Shown here in pieces: positions 37,891 through 51,967 of a DNA stretch of 64,000 nucleotides. Below the pieces are notes generated by a model that saw nothing but the letters and a program-made list of their open reading frames with translations, was not told where the DNA came from and searched no databases. Location of the stretch: the NCBI RefSeq assembly GCF_009914755.1, contig NC_060928.1; one strand, written 5' to 3'. A program made the translations under genes and the position numbers. How positions within the stretch are numbered: position 1 is the stretch's first letter; each line of letters opens with the position of its first letter. The DNA is from the human T2T-CHM13v2.0 reference genome, Homo sapiens.

Positions 37891-40800
37891 CTCTTCAGGA
37901 ATCACTAGAAGTTTCTAATGGACATTGCAATTATGATATCAGCATTTTCTTTTAGAAATTTATGGATCATTTTAAGAAGGGGAAACGTGAGTTTCCCCAA
38001 GTGGCCACATTAATACACAAATAGATTCAAAATCAAATTGGGTATTCCAGCCTCTTTCTAATGTAGTTGATACCTCTAAGAGAGAATTGCCTTTACTGGC
38101 AGATCTCAATCCTTAGGTAGATTGAAGAATGTCTCATGGCCTGCTGGCACTCCTTGTTGGCATTCCCATAGTCTTATATTGTTATACATTTTTAGGATTT
38201 TAATTTTAGAACTGTCATTACCTTCATAGTACATCATGGACTTATGGACTCATATATAGCCTTTGAAAGTATGTGTGTTATCAAAAATAGTCATAAGATG
38301 GAGGAGGGAATGAGGATTTAAAACCAGCTTTTTGAAAACAGGGTTGAGGATATCAGCAGGAGTCTTTTGAGAATGTAAAAAGTTCCAAATTTTAAGTAGT
38401 GTTGTGAATTTTCTGTAGGTAATTATTATTATAAATCCCTTCTCTATCATAATTCTCAGAAGAACATTGGAAAGAATTTTATTCATGTTAGTTTATAGAA
38501 AGAGTCAAACAGTTTTTATATGTTTAAGGAAACATTGTGTGAGACAAGAAAGCCTTTGTGGAAAGATTAAACAAGGATGTACTATAAACAGGAACAAACA
38601 TGCACAAACTTTGCAGAAAGATTTATTGGATGAAATGTGATCAGAGCCTTAATCTACAGAAAATGTTTGCATCCCAGTTTGTTTTAAGTAATTGTGAGAT
38701 ACAGATTATTTCCTTTCACTAAGCAAGTTCCTTTCTCGTTCTCCCTTTTTTTTCTATCATAATTGGTAACATAACATAGTTCCAAGTGATTTATTTGAAA
38801 ACAGTTGTACATCAACAAGAAACATTTGAGAAGCCATGCTTTAAATCCATCACTTAGTAATATGTGGCAAGCGTTATTTTAATCTCAATGCTATATCATT
38901 TGTTTATGTTATAGCAGCAGCAGTGATAATCTTCTGTCTAGATACAAAATATTTGGGTAGATCACTATTTCCAAAAGTGTGTTTCATCAATTACTAGACT
39001 CATTCCATGCTCCATGAAAAAAAAAAAACCTCTGTGGTCCCAGTAAGTCTGGGAAGTGCTGTATACTATATACCCCCCTCTTGGTAGTTCACTTTAGACT
39101 TTAGCATGCAAGTGATCTGAAAAAGTCCTTCAGTTAAGAACTATTTTACTTTGTCTTGCCCAGATTTTCCCCAACATATTTTACCACTGTTGAAGAATAG
39201 GTAGATCCTTGCTTTGTAGGTTCACTGGACTCAAACTCTGCATAATCATGGATTTATTTCTGAGGTTTTGATATTTGCCCTGTAAACTGGAGAATTATAA
39301 AGGAATATGAATGATATGCTGCCATCTCTTAAAATCAGTAATAGAAGGAAGAAAATAGCTCACAACTTTTCAAAGATACTTGTAGTTTTATTTCCCAAAT
39401 TCTGCAATCTGTTTTGCATTATTTTTACACATTTTATCACAATAATAATTAGATTCCTTCTTTTTACTTGGGTGAGGAATCTGAAAGATGTTTCAGCAAT
39501 GTGTTCTAAGGTATATAAAAACTTCACAATTAAGGTTGGATTTTAACTTGTATTATTATCATTTGGTCATTCAGTATTTTTCCCTATATTCTTTAAACAG
39601 TTTACTTTTAAGCCTTCAAATTTTTAATTCGTCCATGATATTACCGGATGTATTTTTTTAGGGAGTTTATATTTATTTGTCAGTGGCTGCACATTAATTT
39701 CTGTAGCATATTTCAGATGTGACTTCTTCAGTTTGTCTTGTATCCTTGGTTTTATGCTACTGAGAAACTATGACTCAAAAAATCTAGGAACACTGAGTGG
39801 TACCATAATGATATGAATCTATTTTTTCCTTTTAATTCACCATAATTTCTTCTTTGATCTCTAATATCATTTCCTGTTGCTTTTTAAAACTTAATTGCTG
39901 TTTAAATTTGGCACCAAGGGAATTTATTGGATGTAATAATACCATTTTACTGTAATCATTACTGATGATCAACTTATTTACATTTTTCTCATCCCTTATT
40001 CCTCTTTCTTCTTGATGCTCTACACATATCACTTTCATAATGAAGTGCCATTGGTTTTATTGACTTTATTTGGGTCATTCTTGTTGAACTACTGTAGTAT
40101 TGCTTAAGTCTTTTAAAGCAGCTAGTTTAGCATATTGTTTAGATTCTAAGGTTTAAGTTTATACATGTATCTTTTCCTTTGTACCCAAACTAATGTTGTT
40201 CCTAACCATTAGCTAGTTAATGGATTTGTTTCTCATCCTATCCTGTAAACATTAAATCTATAAACAACTACTAGCATTCTTAGAACAAATCAAGATTGCT
40301 CTTTCATCTTCTTGCTAGGGTAGCAAAACTAGGTAATTGTTTAAAATTTTTATTTTAATTTAAGGAAAAAGTATGTTGTCTCAGAAGTAACAGAACTGTA
40401 TTTCTTAGTTGTTATTCTGACACTGACTCATTGTATGATAATGTAAATTATATCAAATTTCTAGAACTCAGTTTTTTCTATAGTTTACTTATCTCACATA
40501 GGCATGCATAGGATGAAAACAGTGGTGTTCCGGACACAAAGCAAACTGCAAAGGAAAGTAAAAGTTATCTTCAGAAGGATCCCATAAAGTCTATTGAAGA
40601 TAACTTTACCCCAGTATTAATAATCTCCTTCTTCGGTAATGTATTTCAATTTGCATGATTAGATAAGAAGAGAAAAACAAAAGACATTGACTTTAATATT
40701 CACCCTCTCTAGAGCTAAATACAAATCAGATGGGGAATCATGCTACAATTTTTAAAAGGAAAACCTAAGAATCAAGAGATTTGGTTTCTGGTCAAGCTCT

Positions 40801-40904
40801 GTCAGGAAAGGCCTTAAAACTCTGATGTTGGATAAATGATTTAACTTCCATTGGTCTTGGTGTCTTTATCTATAAAATGAGTTGTAATTTGACAGATTGG
40901 TGTC

Positions 40905-41348
40905 TGTATTAGCCAGTGTTCTCCAGAGAAACAGAACCCATAAAATGTGAGTGTGTGTGCAGATTTATTATAAAGAGTTGGCTCATGCAATTATAGAGGC
41001 TGACAAGGCTGACAGGCTGGAGACCCAGGGGAGCCAATGCTCCTATTTGAGTCTGAAGGCTGTCTGCTGTAGAACCAGGAAGAGCTGATGTTGTGGAAGT
41101 TCAAAGGCAGTCTGCTGGAGAATTCTCTGCTGCCCTGGGGAAGGTCAATCTTTTTTGTTTTATTCAGGCTTGCAACTGATTGGATGAGTTCCTCCCACAT
41201 ACTATGGAGGGTGATCTGCTTTACTCAAAGCCCACCAATTTGAATGTTTATTTCTCAAAAGACACCCTAACAGAAACACCCAGAATAATGTTTGACCAAA
41301 TGTCTGGGTGCTTCGTAGCCTGGTCAGGACATAAAATTAATCATCACA
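40905..41348 (-). mobile_element. MLT2 (ERVL) solo LTR inserted in a MIR
   Basis: TG...CA ends; 'tgtattagccagtgttctccagagaaacagaacc...cagaaacacccagaataatgtttgaccaaat...cataaaattaatcatcaca'. Confidence 0.88.
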
Positions 41349-42980
41349 GTACCTAAAGAACTTTAAATTCTAATATTCTATAATTTTGAGCTATCATAGG
41401 AACAGTCATGTCTTGGTTGCATGAGACATAGTTCATAGGTCAGTGTCAGTAACTGTCTCAGCCAAGTCTTAAGTTACAGACATGCATTTATTCATCCTGC
41501 AAGTCTTTATTGGGCACTTTCTATGTGCCAGGCACTGTGCTAGGTAAAGAATTTGAATTTTATTCTAAGGGCAATGGGAAGCTATTGAAAGATTTAAGCT
41601 AGGGTGTCTGACTTTCATTAAAAGGGATAATTTTGGCTGTGGTGTGGAAAATGGCTTTGAGTGAGGCGAGTATAGATATCAGTAAGGATATCAATGAGGG
41701 GGTTTGTATCAGGCAAAAACTTACCTGTGGGTTGGGTAAGATTGGGTTGGTGCTGGTAGAGGTGGAGAGTTGACTGCCTATGGGAAAGTTTTAAGATATA
41801 TCATTAGCAGTTATCAGAAACTCATTGTCTAAAAGCAAGGTTCTAGAGTGTCAAGCATGCACAATCCTTGACTTATTTCTTATTCTCATGCAAGTAATAC
41901 CTACTACCCGCTTTTTCGTCACAAATAAATAGAGTTTAAAAAATCATTGTAAAGCACTCTCCACATAATTTTAAAGGGATCAGTATAAAATGGTAAGACA
42001 TTAACACTTGACCCATCCTTTCAGAGTTGTGAATCTTGAACTATTAATCAATCAGTTGTAAGAAATGGGAAAGGCCTCAAAAGACAGTGATCTCCTTAGA
42101 TAGAAGTAGCCTATTCTAAGTCTGCTGTGGGACAAACACAGAAAGATGTTGGTCGCAAGATGCTTCACACCCAGCTTCAGCAGAAGAATATCAGATCTGT
42201 GAGCAAGCTTCATAAGAAGTGGAAGGGTCTGGCAGTAGCATGGCAAGACAGCCTTTCTTGATCTGATGACAGATCATATTTCTAATTCCACCTCATGTTG
42301 GTGGCACACTGTCCACACACAGTGAGCATTACAGGCCATCTTGTGCCACGTTATCTTTTTAACTATTTTTTCCTCTTCCTGGCCTTGCTCTCTCTGGTCT
42401 GTCCAGAAAGTTTCTACTACTTATCCTTGAACACCTTGAATTTTTTCTGCGACTTCATCTTTCCTTCCAGCCAGAATTAGTTACTCCTTCTTCTGTAACA
42501 TTATCACTTAGTATTTTATAGTGCGATTACATTTATCGATTTGTTTCCCTCAGTAGACCGTGATGACATAGGGACAGAAAATATATTGATCTTCATGTCT
42601 TTATGAACCCATAAAACTCATACAAACGTTTATTGAACACATTCTAGGTACCAGTGCTATGCTTGCAAATTGTTTACTCTATAAACTCTATGAAGGTAGG
42701 GACCATATTTTTTGAATGAGAAAAATAATAAGGTTTTCACATATAAATGATATAACTACTTTCAATGCATTTTCCTCAAACTTTTATTGCTATTTTAAAA
42801 ATTGTATCATTAAACTAAATTCTTAAACTTAGTGCTTTCTGGCTAAAGTAGAGTTTCACATTTAGTGGCTAAAGGTGATCTTGTATTTTTGTCAATCTTT
42901 CTGTAGACATTTGGTAGTTTTATATTATTCTTTGTGTTCCAAGGAGGAGGAATCTAAACATTTTTCTTTCTTTTTTCCAG

Positions 42981-43252
42981 GGACAATAATTTTGACTATT
43001 TGGAGTTTCGCCTTTGGATTGGCCTGTGGTCCGCCTTCCTATGTCTCATTTTGGTAGCCACTGATGCCAGCTTCTTGGTTCAATACTTCACACGTTTCAC
43101 GGAGGAGGGCTTTTCCTCTCTGATTAGCTTCATCTTTATCTATGATGCTTTCAAGAAGATGATCAAGCTTGCAGATTACTACCCCATCAACTCCAACTTC
43201 AAAGTGGGCTACAACACTCTCTTTTCCTGTACCTGTGTGCCACCTGACCCAG
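42981..43252 (+). CDS. SLC4A4: SLC4A4 coding exon (272 nt), TM4-TM5, KKMIK motif and start of extracellular loop 3
   Basis: Boundaries ttttttccag|G GAC ... CCA G|gtgagg. Encodes [90 protein letters not shown]. Confidence 0.98.
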
Positions 43253-44142
43253 GTGAGGGCATTACGCTTTGTGTTTATGCTCGCTTTGTATTTGGAGGAA
43301 GGTGTAGGCTCCATGCTTGCAAATTTTCAACATGCTGTCATGGTCCTCAGGAATTAGTCTTGTTTTTTTCTCTGAAAAACTCTGCTACTGAATTTGATGT
43401 CTCATTGCCTGAGGTATTTTAGCTGTATGATTCAACCAGGAAGGAGACCAGGAGCTCTGGAATGTGAACATAACCAACTCAATATTTTGAAATTAACTCA
43501 AACTGTGGGATTTGCAAGGAATTCATGTGTACATTATTCTTGATTTTATAAGTGGGGAAACCTGGATACATGTATTAACAGATATAAATATGTGACAAAC
43601 CTATCCTTTGCTGCTTCTTTATTGGTGTAGGAATGTCTTCCTTTAAGTAAACCTTTAATACATGATTTTAAACTTATAGAAGAAAAAGATACTAATCCAC
43701 TTCAGATAATTTAAAGAATTAAATTATGAAAAAAAGAAATTCAGATTGGAATTGCCTACTGGTAGAATTTTATAGTTTATCTCTACTAGACAAATAAGAA
43801 AAGAAAGGAAGAGAGAAGAAGAAATGAAAGAAGGAATGTGATGTTCTAGGAGTAGATTTATATTGTAGAATCCAGAAGGACATAACAGCAAAAGTAACTC
43901 CTGGAAAGGAGTGTGATTCTCTATATCTTAGCCCTTTAAAATCTATCATACCAAACATGAGTTGACATCAGAACTTTTTCACAAAAAAATAAAAATAAAA
44001 AAATGTTCAGCTTGGTCTTTGGAATTCTTTCTTGGAGTAATTCCATTATAAAATTCCATTTTATAATATGAAAGGCATTTCAAAAAAGGATTTACTTTGA
44101 GGGAAATTGTTTTAGATCTTCTCTCATAGAAAAAGGAATAGG

Positions 44143-44414
44143 GACTGGGTGTGGTGTCTCATGCCTGTAATTTTGAAATTAACTCAAATTGCAGTATTTG
44201 CAAGGAATTAAAGTCTGTATTATTCTTTGTACAGCACTTTGAGAGGCTGAGGCAGGTGGATTGCTTGAGCCCAGGAGTTTGAGACCAGTCCGGGCAACAT
44301 TATGAAACCCTGTGTCTACAAAAAATAGAAAAACCAGCCGGGTGTGGTGGCACGTACCTGTAGCTACTCAAGTGGCTGAGGGAGTAGCAAGACCCTGTCA
44401 AAAAAAAAAAAAAA
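44143..44414 (+). mobile_element. Rearranged AluJ-like element (insertion in left arm, deletion in right arm)
   Basis: AluJ-type 'ttgcttgagcccaggagtttgagaccag' and A-tail. TSD agaaaaaggaatagg (44128-44142) / agagaaagggatagg (44414-44428). Confidence 0.88.
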
Positions 44415-45889
44415 GAGAAAGGGATAGGCATTTGTGTCAGACAATTACATGTTAGTAGCACTAGTGATTCTAGGTTATGCAATTAGATACAGGTCTATGT
44501 CCCTTAAAATAAAAATTGATATACAGTCCATACTTTTTACTAAGGTCTTTTAGCACCAGAAGTACAGCAGTGTTCAAAGGGCTGGGACACAAATGTGGGG
44601 CACATTCATGCAATATCCACTGCGACTTACAGATTCTGAGGAAAAAGCTCTTAATGTTTACCGTAAAACAAACATGGTTATAGACTAGAATGCAGAATGC
44701 TTATGAATTTAAAAAATAAGCAAGATACTACTTTTTATGCTTGTGGCATGCTGTTTCAGATTGCTCCTAGATATTTTGGTATGCAATGCATTCTTCTCTG
44801 CTACGTTGGTGAAGAAGTCTTAGAAGACTGATATGTGTCTTGAATTGAGAAAAAAGAGAACACTACTTCCCTCACAATAGGCAGTCAGTAACACTGATGA
44901 CAAGCTAGGGCATTGTTGGGCTGTGTGCTCATGGATTCTTTTTGTGTTAAGATAAATTAGCACACATTAAAATAAAACCCATATTTAAAAGCAATGCAGA
45001 AAGTTATATAAAGTAGAAATTTAAAGATTCAAACTAATAAGAATGCCATATAGTTATGAAAGCTAACTAGCGTTCAGCTGTATACTGATTTGAAATATTT
45101 GATAATTTAAAAAGTACTTGGAAACAAGCACAATATGTGTCATTCAACCCATGATATATATTATTATTAGAATCAATTAAATGTGCTCCCCAGAGAAACA
45201 CAGATGTTATTGTCACTCAACTATATGGAGCTCTTCCTAGGAAAGAAGGGGGATAAAACTCCCCCTTCAGTCAGTGCTTCAGGGAAGTCCAGCTGTTCAA
45301 AATATTGGCTTCACAAACATTTAATTGTGAGATTTTCAGCCTTCCTTTACATTTATTAATTTATACATAAATATATGTGTAAGTTTATTTATTTACGACT
45401 TCTTAGGCAGGTTTGAGTAATCATACACCAAGATTTTCTAAAGGAAAAAAAACACTTTGAGATATTCATGAAGCCAGATGTGGGCTTTGTCAACACACCT
45501 GTCACACAGAAAAAAACATCTAATGTCAACCCCATACCTACCTGAGGCGAATGGAAACTTGTGTTCGTTGTTTTATAATTTGGATGTTGGCAGAGAAGGT
45601 AACATGAAACCAAGGAAGACATATCTAAATGTGTTCAAATTATAAAAAGTACTATGGTTTTACATGTAATTTTCCTTCTAAGAAGGATCTTTGTTTTTTT
45701 TGAAAAAGTGACGTTAAGGGTGGAATCTATTTTACACTTGCATAGCAAGTGCTGACATAAGTGGTGATAGCTTTTCCTTTGTCCAGTTTTTCCCAGGCTG
45801 TGTAAAAAGTCAGTGCTAAGTAACTAGGAAGTTGTCCAGAAGGACTCTGACAATTCCTGCTACCTCTAGTTGGTACCAATAAAGTACTG

Positions 45890-46140
45890 TCACAGGACTT
45901 TGAAGTCAGAAGATCCTGTATTCAAGTCCTGGTTTGGCTCAGGCCAAATGTGTGACTTTCAGCAAGTTCCTTTTCCCAAGGTATATTAGCCCCATCTTCC
46001 TAACCTGTAAACTAAGGTTAATAATAGTACCTACCTTATAGATTTATTTTGAAGGAAAAGAAAGAGCTATTACAGATAAAATTCTTAGGACAGTTTCTAA
46101 TATGTAATAAGTAATCAACTGTTAGCTGCCATTATTATTG
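45890..46140 (+). mobile_element. MIR
   Basis: Contains 'ggactttgaagtcaga...ttcaagtcctgg...gtgtgactttcagcaagtt...ctgtaaa...ataatagtacctacctt'. Confidence 0.75.
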
Positions 46141-48125
46141 CTATTACTGATCCTTAAAATTTAGGGTTAGTATTTAGCCTTGAAGTGTAAGTAATAGAAT
46201 AAACAGACCTATCTTCATCATCCTTCCTTCTAGGCATACATTGTAGGGCAGTTGGCCCATTATGCAACAAGACTGTTGGTTGTACCTCTTATTGGTACTC
46301 ATGAAAGATATATATGTGAACATGAAGAATTTTTTAAGTCTATGGAGATGAAATCTATTTGTGGTTTGGAAAAAGGCAGTGGATAGTTATTTGCACTTTC
46401 ATGACAATTTCATATTTAACAAAACCTCATAAGATTAATGATTGTGTATCTCCCCCATAACCTTAGTACTTTTTGACAATGTTAATACTTCTCCATAACC
46501 TTACTGCTTTTTGGTAGCAAACTGAATACATTCATCATCAATTTAGTATTTCTTGATATCAAACTGAAAGATGATAGTGAGAGAGTAATACAGTTGCATA
46601 TAGAGCTCAAGTAAATATTCTAAAAATAACAAAAGACTGGCCTTTCATCACAACGTGCACTCTTAGTAAAATAATTCAATGAGTCAATAATAGTTAAACT
46701 GGCGTATGACTTGTTTTTCAACACTGGGACAGCATGTAACAGTGAACCAGCAATTGCACAGATGGAGTCGTGATCCTGCAAACTGAGAAATGATTTTACA
46801 GGAATGGAAATAGGGGCCACTAATTACTAAAGAAACCTCTCTTCATGGCCACAATATATTGTGGCTTTTTTATATGTGTGTGCTTTGTCAAGGCAACACT
46901 TCCTTTTCTCTTTTTTTCTTTCGTCTTCTCACTTGCTTCCAAAAAGCCTAATCATTTCCTAATTTTTCTTTTCTAAATGCACTTTTTTCTCCATTCATTT
47001 TGCTCCCAACTACTGCTTGGTAACCCAAGTCACATATATAGGTTTACTGAGCAACTAAGGAAGCTTAGTTGCAAGTGCTAGTAGGAAAATCAGTCAGAAA
47101 GTTTGACATATGTGAGTGGATACATGCCATACATGGGTGGTTTTTGTGCTAAGATTTGCTTTTCTTAGAAATGGGATAGCTATTAATTAGTAGACGAAAT
47201 GGATGTTAAATTTCCCACTGTACTTTGATGATTACATAGCAGAGTGTGTAAGAAAAACGATAATTTAGTTCAAAAGCCAAAAGTGAAAACTGAAAAATAT
47301 CCAATTGAAGAATAATACACAATATCTAATTTCATCACCAACACCCCAATTTAGAAATGTTAATGTGATAAAGTGTAAATACTATGTGCTTTAGAGTAAA
47401 CAAAACTGAGTTTGAATTTCAGTGTTACCCAGAACTAGGCTAATTACTTAATCTCTTTGTTTGATAAACTCTGAACTGGGTTAGTGATTGTGCCTATTCT
47501 TAGAGGTTACTATAAAGGTTAAATGAGATAGTATATGCAAAATAGTTTGGCACCTAATGGACACTGAGTAAAAATTTGTTCTTTTTCATATTTCTCACTA
47601 TCCTACAAAAGATGCCCCAGTGAGTTTAATCTTATAATAGTTGTATTCTTTAAAGATTTCAAACATTTAATTTTCCCATAAATTTTCCTAGGGAAAGATA
47701 CTAACAAGGCTTCTACTGCAAGTCTGCCTTCTCCCCCAAAATTAACAACCAGTGTGCTGTTATAGATAAATATGAAACATTGAAGCTGTATTTACAAAAA
47801 AAAGTTAAAGCTTCATTGCATTGTAGTTAGAGTATTTAATACTATTGCATTGAATCTCGAGGCTACAAAAGTGTTGTATATTATACATAGTCATTAAGAA
47901 AAAGGCTTTAAAGTCTAGGGGCGAGGTGTTCAATTCTTCTAAGAGGAATCTCTTTAATTTATTCAAAAGCATAAATACTAGAATTTTGGAAATAGGGAAA
48001 AGAACATGGGCATCCCCCCAACTTTCACTTGTTTTCTCTTCTGTCCTCTGTCCTTTTTTACTTCTCATTCATTCATCAACAAAAATTTTCTGAGGGCCTG
48101 TTTCACTGCTTTTTAAGAATTGTGC

Positions 48126-49040
48126 AGAAAATTTTTGCAATCTGTCCATCTGACAGAAGGCTAATATCCAGAATCTACAAAAAATTTAAACAAATTTACA
48201 AGAAAAAAACAAACAATCCCATCAAAAAGTAGGCAAAGGATATGAACAGACACTTCTTGAAAGAAATTTATGCTGCCAACAAACATGAAAAAAAGTTCAT
48301 TATTGCTGGTCATTGGGGAAATGCAAATCAAAACCACAATGAGATACCATTTCAGGCCAGTTAGAATGGAGATCATTAAAAAGTCAGGAAATAGATGCTG
48401 GAGAGGATGTGGAGAAATAGGAATGTTTTCACACTGTTGGTGGGAGTGTAAATTAGTTCAACCATTGTGGAAGACAGTGTGGTGATTCCTCAAGGATCTA
48501 AAACTAGAAATACCATTTGACCCAGCAATCCCGTGACTGGGTATATACCCAAAGGATTATAAATCGTTCTGTAAGGACACATGCATAAGTGTCTTTATTG
48601 CAGCAATATTCACAATAGCAAAGACTTGGAACCAACCCAAATGCCCATCAATGATAGACTGGGTAAATAAAATGTGGCACATATGTACCATGGAATACTA
48701 TGCAGCCATAAAAAATGATGAGTTCATGTCCTTTGCAGGGACATGGATGAAGCTGGAAACCATCATTCTCAGCAAACTAACATAGGAACAGAAAACCAAA
48801 TACCACACGTTCTCTCTCATAAGTGGGAATTTAACAATGAGAACATATGGGCACAGGGAGGGGAACATCACACACCGGGGTCTGTTAGGGGGTTGGGGGC
48901 AAGGGGAGGGAGAGCATTAGGAGAAATACCTAATGATGGGTTGATGGGTACAGCAAACCACCATGGCACATGTATACCTGTGTAAAAAACCTGCACATTC
49001 TGCACATGTATCCCAGAATTTAAAGTATAATGATAATAAA
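48126..49040 (+). mobile_element. 5'-truncated L1 (L1PA7/8-like)
   Basis: ORF2 C-terminus and 3' UTR. Perfect TSD aagaattgtgc at 48115-48125 and 49041-49051, with a tttt/aaga endonuclease site. Confidence 0.96.
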
Positions 49041-50300
49041 AAGAATTGTGCTACTTGCAGTGAAGTAGAATACACACATATACAAACACATATTATAAAA
49101 TGTATTGTTTTTTAAAATAGTGTTAATTGCTTTTTGAATGAACAAAAGTGAGAGTTTCATTTAATCCAAACTTTGGAAATAAATTTCTAATCTAATACCT
49201 CTGTTCATTTGCCTAATGTGTAAATCTTGCAGTGACTATATACTCAAGGCACATTAATATTTTGAAAAGGGTCAAAGAAAATTTTCTGACCAGGTGTCAG
49301 TTTTACATCCTGAGGGAAAAGAAACTTTGCTAAAAATAATGAACTATAAAAGTAAGAAAAATAGCCTCAAAGGGATAGACACTATATTGTTAACAAAAGG
49401 GATATATTTTATTGATTTATTGTTGACTGTTCCAGGAGAACATGCTTAACAATATATGTGTAAGTAAGGTGAGTAAATTCTTTCTCAGGAACCAAGTGCA
49501 TCCCTGTCTATATTATCTTCAAGTAATAGTTGGCTTTTTTCCTGGTATAAAACTGTAAGACCAAGCCTGGTCTGGAAGTAACCATGGCTTCCAGTTCCAT
49601 ACCTTTAAGTCATTCACAGCATAAGGAGGCTTCTAGATGCTCTAAAATAGTTGTCACTGGAGTTTCAACATCATTTCTTTCTACATAATTTTTCTAATAT
49701 ATTAATAAGCGCTGTGCAACAATATGTTATAGCCATTCAAAAGAACTGCTGGATTGCATCCCCTGTGTTCCCATATTATAGTCAATATGTGTTTTTTAAT
49801 TAGAAAGCCCATTAAAAGAAAATAAGAAAATAAAAGATCATCCTAACTTACCTCCCATGAACTATATCATAATATATGCAATTTTATTTTTATTGTGTGC
49901 CATTCCCTCTTTATGAGGTAGGTTTAAATCATAAACTAATGGTAAAACAAGGAAGTATAAGTTCTTCTGCTGTAGCATCCCTCAGGCTTGCATTTGTGAG
50001 ACTCCTTTACCGGCACAGTTGACATTTTATCATTTATGGTAATAGTGTTTTGGAAGAGACCCATCATTTTAGTTTGCTTTTACTGTCTTAACCTATGTTT
50101 TAGCAGTTTCTGCATAATGCTTGCCGGAATCAGAAAATGGGATTGTCATCAGACCTGGAAAATTCTCTAGTTTTGGGTTGTGTAAAAGCAGATTTGTAAA
50201 AGTTTCCCCATGGTAATGTCTATAACACATCTCCAAGATGTAATGATGGGTGGGTATGAAAGAGAAGTTTTTGTGAAATTGGGGACAAAATATACCCATC

Positions 50301-50464
50301 TTTTTTTTTTTTTTTTTGAGGTGGGGTCTTACTCTTTCACCCAAACTGGAATGCAGTGGCATGATCATAGCTCAGTGCAACTTCAAACTACTGGGCTCAA
50401 GTGATCCTCCCACCTCAGCCTCCTGAGTAGCTGGGACTACAGGCACATGCTACCATGCCCAGCT
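50301..50464 (-). mobile_element. Alu right-arm monomer (FRAM or truncated AluJ)
   Basis: Poly(T) plus a single arm. Degenerate flanking repeats aaatatacccatc / aaatatattcatc. Confidence 0.88.
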
Positions 50465-51859
50465 TAAATATATTCATCTCAATATCTCCACAGTAGCTCA
50501 GCTCTTTAACTTCCAGCACACCATCGTAGATGAACTTGTGAAGAGTGCCTGTAGATTAAAGAGTATACAACTTGAACTTGCCTAGTTGTGGTGAAAATCT
50601 CAATCATTAAGTCTTGCTGAAAATACTTGGGAAAACTAAAAGGATAATAAGAAAAAAAAAAAAGAAAAACTTACTACTGATTTTGTCTGTTTTAATACTT
50701 AAGGCTGAGATAGTAGCAAATAATTTCCCTAGAAGCTACTTCTCTCAGTTTTCCTTTGTCTTCCCTCAAAAGCCATTTTTACCCTTTGTTGCCTTTATTG
50801 ACCTAGAAATTAGAAGCATACATATTTAACTTAATCAAAAGGTACTAGTGTGCTCAAGTTATCCAGAACCCTTAAATAAATCTGACATGACCATGTGGCA
50901 GAGCTTATTTAATTTTATCCTTTATCTATTTTCTAGTTACTTAATTGCCTTAAGATGTTTCTTAAATGTAATGGAATAAAACTTTAAAGTTTCATTATCA
51001 TGGAAAATAGTCTTAAAGTTTTTCTTGTTCACATCGGGTTAATCAGTGCCACATAGCTGTAACCCTAAGAAGCCATGTTGAGGGCACAGGTTCAGATTAG
51101 GCTAATATTTATTAAGCACCATCCAAATGCCAGACATTTTACTAGGGGATTTTAATCAACTATATCTTAATAACATCGTATATTTAACCATCACATAAAT
51201 CTTGAGAGATAGCTGACATTCATCCCAGGGACAAGGTCTGCTTTCTCCAGGTCACAGAGCTAGGAGTAATCTTAGCTGCCATTTATTTAGATCTATCCTG
51301 TGTTTACAATTTTGCCTACACTGTGTTATTTTATCTGCACAGTAACCTTATGAGGTAGATGGTTTCAAATCCAGTTTTACAAATGAGGAACATGTGGTCA
51401 AGAGGTGTGAAGTAACTCCTCAAGATTATGTGGTGCGGGAGCCTAAGGGCACTATGCTCAGAAGGTGCTGGGTCCAGAATTCAAGCCCAGTTTTTCTAGT
51501 ACCCCCTTCTCCACATTGTATTAGGTGATACATAAAAGCAGACAGATATGACCTTAGTGACCAGTTGTTGCTTACACTTGACCTCACAGTCTCACGTGAG
51601 TTTGTAGCTGTTCCTGATGGTACAGTTCCTGCTAATATGTAAAGCAGAGGAGCCATGGGGTAGTTCCTGGGGCCAGGTCACTAGAAGATAAAGGGGAAGA
51701 ACCTTTAACAGTGCAACAGATACTCCCCTATGCAAGAGGTGTGCCAACACTGACACATGGATGTCACCTCCTTTTTTCTCTCACAGCTCCCACAACTGCA
51801 GCCATACTTGATCCACTTGTTCTTTCTCTAAATCTCTCATTAAACATGAAGAAGTCAGC

Positions 51860-51967
51860 TTAAATGCCTAGTGTTCCATTATTGGAATGCTAAGCTTGTG
51901 GGAGTTATTTATATCCTACTGCTCAAGGTCATCGCCAAGGTCTGATTTTTCACACACAAAAAATTTT
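51860..51967 (+). mobile_element. MER85 (piggyBac/PGBD3-derived MITE), both termini damaged
   Basis: 'ttaa atgcctagtgttccattattggaatgctaagcttgtgggagttatttatatcctactgctcaaggtcatcgccaaggtctgatt' matches the recalled MER85 consensus. Confidence 0.88.

Noticed and set aside
46848-46865. Perfect 18-bp palindrome gccacaatatattgtggc
   Set aside because: Expected by chance at roughly this frequency in 64 kb of AT-rich DNA; no supporting context.
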